IMG/VR virus record: IMGVR_UViG_3300045391_006705
Strand: one strand, 5' to 3'
DNA: 64,000 bases
Source: an uncultured virus (IMG/VR IMGVR_UViG_3300045391_006705)
Lineage: Duplodnaviria > Heunggongvirae > Uroviricota > Caudoviricetes
This document shows positions 44,317-53,897 of this stretch, piece by piece. The stretch's first letter is position 1. Each line of letters starts with the position of its first letter. Position numbers and translations under genes: made by a program. The notes under the pieces were generated by a model. The model worked only from the letters and a program-made list of their open reading frames with translations, was not told the origin of the DNA and ran no database searches.

Positions 44317-44987
44317 TGGGCGTGCGCACCTTCTGGATGGAGCCGACCGCCGAGGTGGCGGTCCGGCTCCGGGTCTACGAGTCGCGCGAGTGCCCCGGCG
44401 ACCCGACCGCCTATCCGGCGTGCCACGCCGGGGCGGTGATCGAGCAACGGGCGCCGCGATCCGACTGGGTCGAGGACCTGCCCGGCGGCACGCATCGCCA
44501 GCGGGACGAGCGTGTTCTCGCGACCGATCCCCGCTGGCCGGCCGCCTGCGAGGCCTGCGGCCGCCCCTTCGGGCCGGAGGCGCGGCGGCAGGTGTGGGCC
44601 GAGCGGCTCTACGCCGGGGCGCCGGAGGGGCGGCCGTTGCGGATCCGCGACTTTCCCGTCGGGGCGCTGTGGTCCGAGCCGCACCTGGAGGAGCATCCGG
44701 CGTACGTCGGGCCGGACGGGCTGAGCCTGCACGTCCGGACGCCGGGCGGCGTGTGGTGCATCGACTCCCAGGCGTCGAACTGCACCCGCGACCAGAACGT
44801 CCCGGTCGAGGGCGAGCCGGGCGTGACGCGCTTCACGCGCACGCACTATTGCTGGCCGCGCAAGGGCGACCCCCGCACGGAGCCGGTCGACGTGGCGAAG
44901 GAGCACGGGCCGACCTGCTCGGCGGGCGCGGGATCGATCATCTGCGGCGACTACCATGGATTTCTCCGCAACGGGGAACTGACGTAA
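44316..44987 (+). CDS. Cys/His-rich hypothetical protein
   Basis: WCIDSQASNC..HYCW..CSAGAGSI..YHGFLRNG. Confidence 0.75.
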   Translation: MGVRTFWMEPTAEVAVRLRVYESRECPGDPTAYPACHAGAVIEQRAPRSDWVEDLPGGTHRQRDERVLATDPRWPAACEACGRPFGPEARRQVWAERLYAGAPEGRPLRIRDFPVGALWSEPHLEEHPAYVGPDGLSLHVRTPGGVWCIDSQASNCTRDQNVPVEGEPGVTRFTRTHYCWPRKGDPRTEPVDVAKEHGPTCSAGAGSIICGDYHGFLRNGELT

Positions 44988-45020
44988 CGCGCCGCAGGGG
45001 CGGCGGACTGGGAGGTGGGG

Positions 45021-46874
45021 ATGGGACGAAAGAAGAAGGGGCCGGCGGCGCCGGCGGAACCGACGGTCGCGCCCGTCGCCACGGGCGGCGGCGTCTCGCG
45101 CGGGCGTTCGGCCCGGCGGCGGCTCGACCCGATCACGATCCGGGACGACCCGGAAGGCGTGGTCGCCGAGGTGCGGGGCGAGCGGCCGCTCCTGTCGGCG
45201 TTCCTGCCCGGGCCGGAGAACGAGCACCTGCGGCGGCAGATCCTGCAGACGGGCGTGTACCGGCCGAAGATCGGCCGGGAGGTCCGCATCGCCACCCAGC
45301 CGCGCGGCGACGGCGAGCACGAGATCATCCAGATGGCCGCCGTCGTGGCGCGCAATCCCGGCACGATCCAGGACATCATCGGCGCCTTCGACGACCTCGC
45401 GCAGATCAGTTCGACGCCGAAGGTGATCGAGGTCCAGCAGCACTGGAACATCTACAACAACATCGGCGTCATCAACGCCTCGGTGAACAAGCTCGCCGCC
45501 CTGCTCTCGGCCGGCGGCAGCTTCAAGGTGCGGACGGCCCGCAAGGGCAAGAAGCAGAAGGCACGCGAGGAGCTCCAGGCGGCCCTCGACGAGGTCAACA
45601 CCAACGTCAACAACGCGCCGGTCGACGGCGTGGTGACGGGCGTCCGGGGCCTCAAGGCCGTGACCCAGCAGGGCGTCCGGCAGGGGCTCGTCGAGGGCGA
45701 CTGGTTCGGCCGCACCCTCTGGTCCAAGCACAAGGTGCGGGACATCGGCGTCTTCTCCCTCCCGATGCTCATCCAGCAGATCTCGACCTCCAACATGGAG
45801 CCCATTCCCGAGATCCTGACCTCCAACCTCGAGGCCTGGTACTGGCGGCCCGACCAGCAGCTGATCCAGCAGCTGACGCAGCCCAAGGACGCCGTCGTCC
45901 GCGACCTCCTCAAGCGGTATGTCGACTCGAAGACCCTGGCCGCCCTCAAGAAGGACGGCAAGGTCTTCCTCGACCAGTCGCTCCTGCTCCACGTCAAGCA
46001 CCGTGGGATCGCCAACAACCCGTACGGCGAGTCGTTCATCAAGCCGTCGCTCTACGCCGTCGCCTTCAAGCGGGCCGTCGAGCAACTCGACCTGGTGATG
46101 ATCAACTCGCTCATCAACCGCCTCACCATCGTCCAGGTCGGGTCGTCGAGCAAGGACTCGCCCTACTCGGACCCGGCGGTGGCCGCCGCCCGGCAGGCCC
46201 TCATGCAGTCGTTCTTCGACGACACGGGCCCGAACATGACGATCATCTGGCAGGGCGACGACGTGAAGGTGACCGACGTCGGGGCCCACGCCACCGTGGC
46301 CACGCTCGACGGCCGGCACAAGGTCGGCGAGCAGATGATCAAGGAGGCGCTCGGCATTCCGGACGCGCTCCTCACCGGCGCGTCGGCCGACGGCAAGGCC
46401 TCGGCCTTCGCCTCGCTCCTGTCCGTCGGCTCGGCCCTCGACGAGCTCAAGACCGGCTTCGAGGGCGTCTGGACGACCCTCGGCCAGCGGGTGGCGGAGG
46501 AGAACGGCTACACCGACGTCGAGATCATCTACGAGTACGACAACGCGCAGATCCTCGACCACACCGAAGAACGCAACCAGGCGAGGCTCGATTACGTTAC
46601 GGGCGCCATGTCGATCCGGTCGCTGATCCTGGCGCGCGGCCAGGATCCGGACGCCGAGTTCCGCCAGGCGTGCTTCGAGCGCGGGCTCGACCCCGAGACG
46701 GCGCTGTGGAAGGACGCCTTCGCGCCGATCAAGGGCCTGCCCGGCCAGGGCCAGGACGGCAATCCGCCGGGCCTCAACAACAACCCGACCCCGTCGGGCC
46801 GCACGCCGGACTCGGTCACGGGGCGGCCGGCCAAGCCGCCGACCGAGACGAAGACGCCGGTCGAGAATAAGTGA
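45021..46874 (+). CDS. portal protein
   Basis: Size and position; LHVKH..PYGES; IKEALGIP. Confidence 0.75.
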   Translation: MGRKKKGPAAPAEPTVAPVATGGGVSRGRSARRRLDPITIRDDPEGVVAEVRGERPLLSAFLPGPENEHLRRQILQTGVYRPKIGREVRIATQPRGDGEHEIIQMAAVVARNPGTIQDIIGAFDDLAQISSTPKVIEVQQHWNIYNNIGVINASVNKLAALLSAGGSFKVRTARKGKKQKAREELQAALDEVNTNVNNAPVDGVVTGVRGLKAVTQQGVRQGLVEGDWFGRTLWSKHKVRDIGVFSLPMLIQQISTSNMEPIPEILTSNLEAWYWRPDQQLIQQLTQPKDAVVRDLLKRYVDSKTLAALKKDGKVFLDQSLLLHVKHRGIANNPYGESFIKPSLYAVAFKRAVEQLDLVMINSLINRLTIVQVGSSSKDSPYSDPAVAAARQALMQSFFDDTGPNMTIIWQGDDVKVTDVGAHATVATLDGRHKVGEQMIKEALGIPDALLTGASADGKASAFASLLSVGSALDELKTGFEGVWTTLGQRVAEENGYTDVEIIYEYDNAQILDHTEERNQARLDYVTGAMSIRSLILARGQDPDAEFRQACFERGLDPETALWKDAFAPIKGLPGQGQDGNPPGLNNNPTPSGRTPDSVTGRPAKPPTETKTPVENK

Positions 46875-46892
46875 CCCGAGGGCGCCCGGATC

Positions 46893-46924
46893 GCGTGATG
46901 TCGCGCGTGGTCCGGGCGTCTCTC
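46893..46924 (+). promoter_or_regulatory. class I promoter-like motif (copy 6)
   Basis: CGTGAT-N17-CGTCTCTC. Confidence 0.8.
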
Positions 46925-46940
46925 CTTGACGGGGGTGGGG

Positions 46941-47309
46941 ATGGGGCTATTCGGGGAGGCTGGGCGCCAGCCGGCGTCCGAGCGCGACGTTCTCGCGCGC
47001 TTGGAGGCCATCGAGCGGCGGCTCGACGAGGATCGGGGCTACACCGCCAGGGTGCTCGACTCGCTGCTCCAGGGGTCGGGCGCGCACGTGAACGTGACCG
47101 CGCAGTTGGTGGAGCACGTCACGGCGCGGCACCAGGAGGTCCGGGCGAACTTCGAAGCCCTGGCCGTGGCGCTCAACCTGATCGCCGACCGCCTGCAGGA
47201 CCTGTCGCGCGACTTCCGCACGGCGGAGGGGCGGGCCCAGGCCGCCGAGCGCGAGGCCCAGGACCAGCGGCCGATCGTGATCATGCCCGACGCCGGGGAG
47301 CGGCACTGA
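46941..47309 (+). CDS. coiled-coil hypothetical protein
   Basis: High GC3; TGATG coupling to the MTase. Confidence 0.65.
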   Translation: MGLFGEAGRQPASERDVLARLEAIERRLDEDRGYTARVLDSLLQGSGAHVNVTAQLVEHVTARHQEVRANFEALAVALNLIADRLQDLSRDFRTAEGRAQAAEREAQDQRPIVIMPDAGERH

Positions 47310-49225
47310 TGCCGCCGCGCGCGTTGGAACTCTGCGCAGGCGTCGGCGGGCTGAGCGCCGGGCTCCGGAACGCCGGGTGGGAGATCGCGGGCCACGCCGA
47401 GATCGACGCCTTCGCCCGCCGCGTCCTGGAGGCGCGGTTCCCCGGGGTGCCGCTGTACGGCGACGTGGCGGAGATGGACGGGCGGGCGTTCGTGCGCGAC
47501 CACGGGTCGGTCGACCTCGTGTCGTTCGGCGCCCCGTGCCAGAACCTGTCGGTCGCGGGCCGCCGGGAGGGCATCCACGGCGAGAAGTCCTCGCTCTTCT
47601 TCGAGTGCGTCCGCGTGTTCGAGGAGACGGGCGCCGCGTACGCCTTGTACGAAAACGTCTTCGGACTCTATTCGTCCAGCAAGGGGGCCGATTTTGCCGC
47701 CGTCCTCACGTCGCTCCTCGGAAGCGAAGTCCAAGTCCCCGTCGATCCAAAGGGTCGACCCAGGAAATGGACCGGTGCTGGTCTGGTTCGCGACGAATCT
47801 TCCGGAAGGGCCGTGGCATGGCGGACCCTCGACGCCCAGCACTGGGTCCCCCAGCGGCGGCGTCGCGTCTTTGTGCTCGCTGCTCGAGCCGGAGGGGTCG
47901 ATCCCGCAGCGGTATTGCTTGAGTGGGAAGGCCTGCGCGGGGATCATTCGCCGGGCGGCCAGGCGGGGGAAGCGCCTGCCGGTTGTGCTTGCGGCGGCGC
48001 TTGCGGCCAGGGTGCTGACGGACCGCAAGGCGGTGACGCCGGAGGACGTTGCGGCTGCGGAGGCGATTGCGGCTGCGGGCGCCGGGTCGTGAGCTTCTAC
48101 TCGCACTCGAACGGCGAGGACATGCACCGCGAGCGGATGGACGTCGCGCCGCCGATCACGGTCGGGTCCACGCGGCCGGAGACGGCGAACCCGCCGGCGG
48201 TCCTGTGCTACGACGCGCGCGGGAACGGCGACGGCCGCACCGCCAGCACGATCACCGGCGACCACGAACGGCGCGTGACCGACTACACGACCATCGTCTT
48301 CGACTCGAAGCAGTCCGGCGAGTCGGGGGTCGGCCTGGCGCCGACGCTGCGGGCGATGGTGCACGACGGCAGCCACATGAACGGCGGCGGTCAACTGGCC
48401 GTCGTGCGGACGGCCTACGCCCTCGGGAGCCACGCGAGTTGCGCCGAGGGCGCGATCGTCAACGCATCCCACACCTCGGGCGGCCCGGTCGGCCTCAACG
48501 TCAGCACCGACTTGGCCTACACCCTCCGTGCCGATCGCCAGCAGGGCGTCGTCTCGACCTCGGCCTACTTTCTCGCCAACACAAGCAGCGGCGGCGATGC
48601 GACCGCCGCGACGTTCGCCACGACCACGACGACGGCGACCATCTCCGCTTCCAATGCGTCGAGCTCGGGCAGCGACGGCACCACCGCCATCGTCTTCGAC
48701 GCGGTCCAGATCACGCATCCCGAGAACCGGTCCACGGTCCTTCCCGGCCAGCCCTGCCCCACGCTCAACGCCGAGTCCAAGCTCCGCGTGGCCCGGATGC
48801 GGGCGTTCGGCGACTACGTGGAGGACGGCACCGCCAGCGCGCTCAAGGCGCGCGACTACAAGGACGCGACCGACCTGGTGTACGAGGCGGGTGTCGACGG
48901 GCAGTTCGCCCCCGGCGTAGCCGGGACGCTCGGCGCCCTCGGGGGCGGCGGGCGCGGGCATCGGCTCGACCTCGACAGCTGCGGGGCCTACCCCGTCACG
49001 TTCGGGGTGCCGAGGCGGTTGCTGCCGGTCGAGTGCGAACGCCTGCAGGGCTGGGAGGACAACTGGACCGACGTCCCGGACCCGGAGACCGGCAAGCCGG
49101 CGTCCGATTCCCAGCGGTACCGGTGCGCCGGCAACGGCGTGTGCACGCCGGTGGCCGAATGGGTCGGCCGGCGGCTGCTGGCCGCCATCACGCGCGCCGC
49201 CGGAGGTCCGGATGCCGAAGGATAG
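47309..49225 (+). CDS. C5 cytosine DNA methyltransferase with long modular variable region
   Basis: LELCAGVGG, GAPCQNLS, ENV, PQRRRRVF, RRLLPVECERLQG, RYRCAGNGV. Confidence 0.9.
   Translation: MPPRALELCAGVGGLSAGLRNAGWEIAGHAEIDAFARRVLEARFPGVPLYGDVAEMDGRAFVRDHGSVDLVSFGAPCQNLSVAGRREGIHGEKSSLFFECVRVFEETGAAYALYENVFGLYSSSKGADFAAVLTSLLGSEVQVPVDPKGRPRKWTGAGLVRDESSGRAVAWRTLDAQHWVPQRRRRVFVLAARAGGVDPAAVLLEWEGLRGDHSPGGQAGEAPAGCACGGACGQGADGPQGGDAGGRCGCGGDCGCGRRVVSFYSHSNGEDMHRERMDVAPPITVGSTRPETANPPAVLCYDARGNGDGRTASTITGDHERRVTDYTTIVFDSKQSGESGVGLAPTLRAMVHDGSHMNGGGQLAVVRTAYALGSHASCAEGAIVNASHTSGGPVGLNVSTDLAYTLRADRQQGVVSTSAYFLANTSSGGDATAATFATTTTTATISASNASSSGSDGTTAIVFDAVQITHPENRSTVLPGQPCPTLNAESKLRVARMRAFGDYVEDGTASALKARDYKDATDLVYEAGVDGQFAPGVAGTLGALGGGGRGHRLDLDSCGAYPVTFGVPRRLLPVECERLQGWEDNWTDVPDPETGKPASDSQRYRCAGNGVCTPVAEWVGRRLLAAITRAAGGPDAEG
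47694..48092 (+). CDS. alternative-frame ORF nested in the MTase
   Basis: SLCSLLE..IPQRYCLSGKACAGIIRRAARRGKRLP; GC3 bias of the MTase frame drops over the overlap. Confidence 0.55.
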   Translation: MPPSSRRSSEAKSKSPSIQRVDPGNGPVLVWFATNLPEGPWHGGPSTPSTGSPSGGVASLCSLLEPEGSIPQRYCLSGKACAGIIRRAARRGKRLPVVLAAALAARVLTDRKAVTPEDVAAAEAIAAAGAGS

Positions 49226-49415
49226 GCTCCAGGAGTTCTACGTCGAGGCGACGGTCAAGATCCAGACCAACGCCATCGTCCGGGCGGCCTCCCTGGCCGA
49301 GGCCGTCGAGAAGGCCAAGGCCCTGGACGCCACGGATTTCGTCACCATCCTCGGCGACTACCAGGACGGCGCCCTCGTCGTCACCGGCGTCCACGCGCCG
49401 TACGAGAGCCTTTGA
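49212..49415 (+). CDS. hypothetical protein
   Basis: GGAGGT RBS. Confidence 0.7.
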   Translation: MPKDRLQEFYVEATVKIQTNAIVRAASLAEAVEKAKALDATDFVTILGDYQDGALVVTGVHAPYESL

Positions 49416-50308
49416 CCGACTACTGCCACTACGTGCCGGGTGGCGGGCTCGGCGACCTCGTCCGGGAACTGCTGCGGAACGGCGCCCTGGGCGTCTTGAA
49501 ACGCTGGAAGTTGGAGCATCCGCGCGACTCGCTGCGCGTCGTGCTCATGAGCCATAATCCGGCCGCCAAGGATCTCCTCGTCGGCCAGGATTGGATCGAC
49601 GAGGTCGTGGCGCCGCCGTTCGACGTCGCGGCCGACCCGCGCTGGGCGTCCTGCTACGAGCGGCACGCGGCGCTGTTCGAAGGGCGGCGGGAACTGCGGT
49701 TCGTGCTGCCCGAGGCCAAGTCGCTCTACCGCGCCGACATGAACGCCCTGCGGCCGCCTCCCGGCCCGGGACGGGCGGTGACGACGATCCCGCCGGTCGG
49801 GATGGCGGTCGACGTCGCGCTGTCGCGCCAGGAGCGCGACGTGGCGGATTTCCACGCGGGGTGCGTGGTGCTGCACCCGTTCGGCGGGCATTCGGCCAAG
49901 TGGTTCCCGCCCGACCTCATCGAATGGGTGGCGGAGCGCGCCGGACCGCGCCGCCTGCTCCTCGCCGCCGACTACGCGCGGCCGGGGCACGGGGACGAGA
50001 TCGACGCCGTGCCGGGGCTCCAGCCGAGGACCTTCGGCGCCCGGGTGTTCGTCGAAGTCTGCCGGCGCGCGCGGGCCGTGGTCGGCGCCGAGTCGGCGGC
50101 CTACTACGTGGCGGCCATGTGGGGCGTGCCGACGGCCATGCTCTGGGCCGGGGCCGGCGAGTACCGGCTCAAGCTCGAGGGCCGGAGCGACTGGGACTTC
50201 TACTTCGGCGAGGGGGACGGGCGGAACCTGTTCCTGCCGCTCCCGCCGCTGATGACGGACGGGGACCGGGGGGTCCTCGGGGAGTGGCTGGCCCGCCACG
50301 CGGGCTGA
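49412..50308 (+). CDS. GT9-like glycosyltransferase
   Basis: GGLGD; VVLHP.G...K.F; VVGAES...AAMWGVPT. Confidence 0.7.
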   Translation: MTDYCHYVPGGGLGDLVRELLRNGALGVLKRWKLEHPRDSLRVVLMSHNPAAKDLLVGQDWIDEVVAPPFDVAADPRWASCYERHAALFEGRRELRFVLPEAKSLYRADMNALRPPPGPGRAVTTIPPVGMAVDVALSRQERDVADFHAGCVVLHPFGGHSAKWFPPDLIEWVAERAGPRRLLLAADYARPGHGDEIDAVPGLQPRTFGARVFVEVCRRARAVVGAESAAYYVAAMWGVPTAMLWAGAGEYRLKLEGRSDWDFYFGEGDGRNLFLPLPPLMTDGDRGVLGEWLARHAG

Positions 50309-50338
50309 GGGAACGCGGGACGACACGGGGAGGGGCGG

Positions 50339-51079
50339 ATGGGGGAGGATTTCGAGACGGTCGAGACGGTGTGCGTGTGCGGGGCGCTGGAGGCCGACTG
50401 GCTGGACGAGAGCGAGGGCCTGCCGATCGGCGGCTGCCGCGCGTGCGGCCACATCCGGACGCTACGCCGGGCGAGGGACTACGAGTCGCTCTACGTCGAG
50501 GGCGAGCGTTACCACGTCCAGGAAATGGAGAAGATCGGCCGCGACCACTACACGGACCGGTTCGAGCACGACTACGAGGTCGCCCAACTGCGGATCCCGA
50601 AGCTGCTGGGCCGCCGCCGGTCCCTGGACGTCGGGTGCGCCAACGGCGCCTTCGTCCAGGCGATGCAGGAGCGCGGGTTCCGGGCCGAGGGGCTCGAGCT
50701 CAACCCCGGCATGGCGCGCTGGGCGGCCGCCAAGACCGGCGCGAAAATCCATACGAGCTGGGAGACCGTCGTCCCGTGGTTCGACTACGTCACCTACCAC
50801 GACTGCCTCGAGCACGTCGTCGACGTCAACGCCGAGTTGCAGCGGGTCCGGCGCCACATGCGGCCCGGCGCCATGCTCGTCGTCGACCAGCCGGACGCGG
50901 CCCAGGTGTTCGGGCCCGGCGCCCCGGCCAGCCACCACAAGAAGTCGCGGCAGCACTTGCACTACTTCACGGCCGAGGCCATGAGCCGCGTGCTCGAGCG
51001 GAACGGCTTCGTAGTCGACGACGTCCAGCGGCCGCTCGTCGGCAAGATCGTCCACTACGCGTTCCGGGTGTGGGCGTGA
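50339..51079 (+). CDS. class I SAM-dependent methyltransferase
   Basis: N-terminal CxC..CxxC; LDVGCANG; LEHV; HLHYF. Confidence 0.85.
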   Translation: MGEDFETVETVCVCGALEADWLDESEGLPIGGCRACGHIRTLRRARDYESLYVEGERYHVQEMEKIGRDHYTDRFEHDYEVAQLRIPKLLGRRRSLDVGCANGAFVQAMQERGFRAEGLELNPGMARWAAAKTGAKIHTSWETVVPWFDYVTYHDCLEHVVDVNAELQRVRRHMRPGAMLVVDQPDAAQVFGPGAPASHHKKSRQHLHYFTAEAMSRVLERNGFVVDDVQRPLVGKIVHYAFRVWA

Positions 51080-51507
51080 CGGCGGTCGCGATGACGAAGC
51101 GCTGCACCGGTTGCGGCGCGGTGCGGCCGCTCGATCGGGAGAATTTTCGGCGGAATTCCGACAAGGCGGACGGCTTTACCGAGCAGTGCACGGACTGCGT
51201 CCGGGACGCGCAGCGCTCGTGGAACCGCAAGCATCGCTACGGCATGACGCAGGCCGAGTACGACGGGCACCTCCGCGCCCAGGGCGGCCGGTGCGCGATC
51301 TGCCAGGAACCGGAGACGATGGATCGACAGCGGGCGAACGGCGGCTCGATCTCCCTCGCGGTGGACCATGATCACGAGACGGGCGTCGTCCGGGGGCTCT
51401 TGTGCGCGCGGTGCAACCGGGCGGTGGGGCTCCTGCGGGACAACCCGGACTATTGCCAGGCGGCGGCCGAGTACCTGCGGCGCTTCCGGCGGGCCCGGGC
51501 CGCGTGA
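51076..51507 (+). CDS. endonuclease VII-family nuclease
   Basis: YG.T..Y..QGGRCAIC..VDHDH.TG.VRGLLC.RCN. Confidence 0.9.
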   Translation: MTAVAMTKRCTGCGAVRPLDRENFRRNSDKADGFTEQCTDCVRDAQRSWNRKHRYGMTQAEYDGHLRAQGGRCAICQEPETMDRQRANGGSISLAVDHDHETGVVRGLLCARCNRAVGLLRDNPDYCQAAAEYLRRFRRARAA

Positions 51508-52478
51508 AGCCGCTGCGGGTGGCGCTCCCGCTCGGGATCGGCGACGCCTTGTGGAGTTGCATGAAGCTGCGCGCCCTCTCCGAATACCACGGTGGGGCGC
51601 CGGTGGAGGCGCACATCAACGCCAGTCCGAACCACGCCACCGTCGGGTACCTGGAGATCGTGCCGTTCATCGCGAAGGCGGTGCAGTCGAAGGCGGCCCC
51701 GAACGACATTTGGCGGCAACTCCCGCCGAATCACAGGTACCCGCGCTGGTCCACCCTCAAGGGGTCGGCCGGCTGGGAGGGCTTCGACTACGTCCTCGTC
51801 GCCAACGGGCATCTCGAGCGCGGGGAGCACATCTCGACCTACCTGCCCGAGCTCAACGCCGCGCTCGGACGGGACGCGACCGACTACTGCTATGAGCACG
51901 CGATCAAGCCGAGGGACGCCGCCTACGCGCGGTCCTTCGCGGACGACGTGGCGGCGGCCGGGTCGCCGGTCGTCCTGCTCTACGCCAGCGGCGTCGGCCC
52001 CAACCACGGGTTCCACAACGGCACCTGGCGCGTCGAGGACTGGGCCGCCACCGCCCGCCTCCTGATGGCGGAGGGGATCCGGCCGCTCCTGGTCGGGGCG
52101 AACACCACGGACGACCTCGGGCAGCGCGACCTGATCGCGCGCCACATGGGCGACGACTTCGCCGGCGTCGAGGACACCGTCGGGCGCACGAACATCCCGC
52201 AGTACGTGTGGCTGATCGAGCGGGCGGCGGTGTGGATCGGGCTCAATTCCGGCGGGGGCATCGTCTCCGCCATGCGCGGGACGCCGACGGTCATGTTCTG
52301 GTCCGATTCGGCGCACCCGATCTACGGCGTCGACCCGAGGAACATGCTGCACACCGACATGAAGACCGGGTTCCTGGCCCCGTGGCAGTTGGAACCCTAC
52401 CGCACCCTGTCCTTCGGCAGCCCGGAACTGACCCCGAGGAACGCGGTCGCGCGGGCGCTGGAAGTCATGCGACGCTGA
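51504..52478 (+). CDS. GT9-like glycosyltransferase
   Basis: GIGDALW; VGRT; WIGLNSG..MRGTPTV. Confidence 0.75.
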   Translation: MKPLRVALPLGIGDALWSCMKLRALSEYHGGAPVEAHINASPNHATVGYLEIVPFIAKAVQSKAAPNDIWRQLPPNHRYPRWSTLKGSAGWEGFDYVLVANGHLERGEHISTYLPELNAALGRDATDYCYEHAIKPRDAAYARSFADDVAAAGSPVVLLYASGVGPNHGFHNGTWRVEDWAATARLLMAEGIRPLLVGANTTDDLGQRDLIARHMGDDFAGVEDTVGRTNIPQYVWLIERAAVWIGLNSGGGIVSAMRGTPTVMFWSDSAHPIYGVDPRNMLHTDMKTGFLAPWQLEPYRTLSFGSPELTPRNAVARALEVMRR

Positions 52479-52491
52479 CGCCGGAGGGCGA

Positions 52492-52938
52492 ATGCAATGG
52501 GACGAGACGGTGGCCTCGCGCTGCCGGTACGGCGACGTGGCCGGGCGCCTGTTCGACGGCGCCGACGTCATCTTCGAAAGCAGCGAGGACGACTACCAGG
52601 GGTTCGCGAACGTCTTCGCGCAACTCCGGGACGGCCGATTCTGCCACTACGAATGGACCTACGGTTCCTGCTCGGGCTGCGACGAGTGGGAGGATCGCGG
52701 CCTGAGCGACGACGAGATCGAGGCCGAGATGCGGCGCGCCGCCGTGTTCTTCGAGGACGTCGCCACGGTGCGCCGCTACCTCAACCTGGCGGACGAGTTC
52801 CAAGGGGCGGGCGTCCCCTCCGCCAACTCCCCGACCAACGGGGCCATCGCCGGCGCGCTGCGGACCCTGTGCGGCGGCGCCGCCGGGGATTTCGTCCGCA
52901 TCGGCGAGGCGTTCGTCGAATGGCTTCGGACCCGATGA
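52492..52938 (+). CDS. hypothetical protein
   Basis: GGAGG RBS; YGSCSGCD motif. Confidence 0.7.
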   Translation: MQWDETVASRCRYGDVAGRLFDGADVIFESSEDDYQGFANVFAQLRDGRFCHYEWTYGSCSGCDEWEDRGLSDDEIEAEMRRAAVFFEDVATVRRYLNLADEFQGAGVPSANSPTNGAIAGALRTLCGGAAGDFVRIGEAFVEWLRTR

Positions 52939-52951
52939 TCAGGAGAGCCGC

Positions 52952-53590
52952 ATGCTGACCGTGGAAGTGAGGCCCGTCGCCGTCGGCCTCGTCGAAGGCG
53001 AGACCGTGCAACTCGAGGCCGTGGTGCGGAACTCGGCCGGCCATCCGGTCAGGGGCCAGGAGGTCACCTGGTCCTCGGACCGGCCGGACATCGCGTCGGT
53101 CGACGCGGGCGGCCGCGTGACGGGCGGTCCCGTCGCCGGGACGGCCACGCTGCGCGCCTGGTGCATGTCGCGCGGGTCCGCCCCCGTGACCGCGACTTGC
53201 ACCGGCCCCGCCGCCCAGGCCCCGGTGCCGCCCGCCTCCGAGCCGGCGGCCGGCGCGGCGGCCGGCTACGAGGTGCGCCCGCTGGCGCTCGAGGCGTCGG
53301 CCGGCACCGAGGTGGCCGTCGACGCCCAGCTGGTCGACGCGGCGGGCGCCCCACTGCGCGAGCCGGGGCGGGTCGTGATGTGGGACGTCAACGATCCGGA
53401 GGCCGTGGTCCTGCCGCGCGAGACGCTCACCGACGGGGACGGCGTCGCGTCCGCGACCCTGCGGCTCGGCACCCTGCCCGGCACCACGGTCGTCGTCACG
53501 GCGGTCGACGAGACGGGCGTGTCGGGCGCGGGCCCGGGCGTGCTCGTGACCGCCACGCCGCCCTGGTGGCGCCGCCGCCGGGGCGAATGA
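52952..53590 (+). CDS. Ig-like (Big_2 + Big_1-type) domain protein
   Basis: GETVQLEA..VTWSSD.PDIASVD..G.VTG; TDGDGVA. Confidence 0.8.
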   Translation: MLTVEVRPVAVGLVEGETVQLEAVVRNSAGHPVRGQEVTWSSDRPDIASVDAGGRVTGGPVAGTATLRAWCMSRGSAPVTATCTGPAAQAPVPPASEPAAGAAAGYEVRPLALEASAGTEVAVDAQLVDAAGAPLREPGRVVMWDVNDPEAVVLPRETLTDGDGVASATLRLGTLPGTTVVVTAVDETGVSGAGPGVLVTATPPWWRRRRGE

Positions 53591-53890
53591 ATGGGCGACA
53601 TGGGTGACGTCGCCAGCCCGGCGCAATGGGCGGCCGAGCGGTTGAATCCCCGGTGGGAGATCAGCCACGTGGACCGGCCCCGGTTCGGCCTGGCCGCCGG
53701 CATCCTCGTCGGCCGTATCGTCGACCGTCGGTTCCAAGTGCTGCGGTTCACCACGGGACTCGTCAGCTTCTACGTCCACGAGCCCGACGGCCGGGTGTGG
53801 GGCTACGACTCGCAGGTGCCGGTCGAGGGGACGGACGAGGATGTCGTCGAGTGGCTCGCGCACGTCTACTTCCGATGCAAGGGGTTGTGA
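53591..53890 (+). CDS. hypothetical protein
   Basis: ORF in operon. Confidence 0.6.
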   Translation: MGDMGDVASPAQWAAERLNPRWEISHVDRPRFGLAAGILVGRIVDRRFQVLRFTTGLVSFYVHEPDGRVWGYDSQVPVEGTDEDVVEWLAHVYFRCKGL

Positions 53891-53897
53891 AAGGGTT

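Noticed and set aside
39867..46562. Very long antisense or off-frame ORFs (e.g. 39867-42623 -, 44247-46562 -, 44390-46870 +; also 26573-29164 -)
   Set aside because: Arg/Gly/Pro-rich shadow frames expected opposite high-GC3 genes; no motifs.
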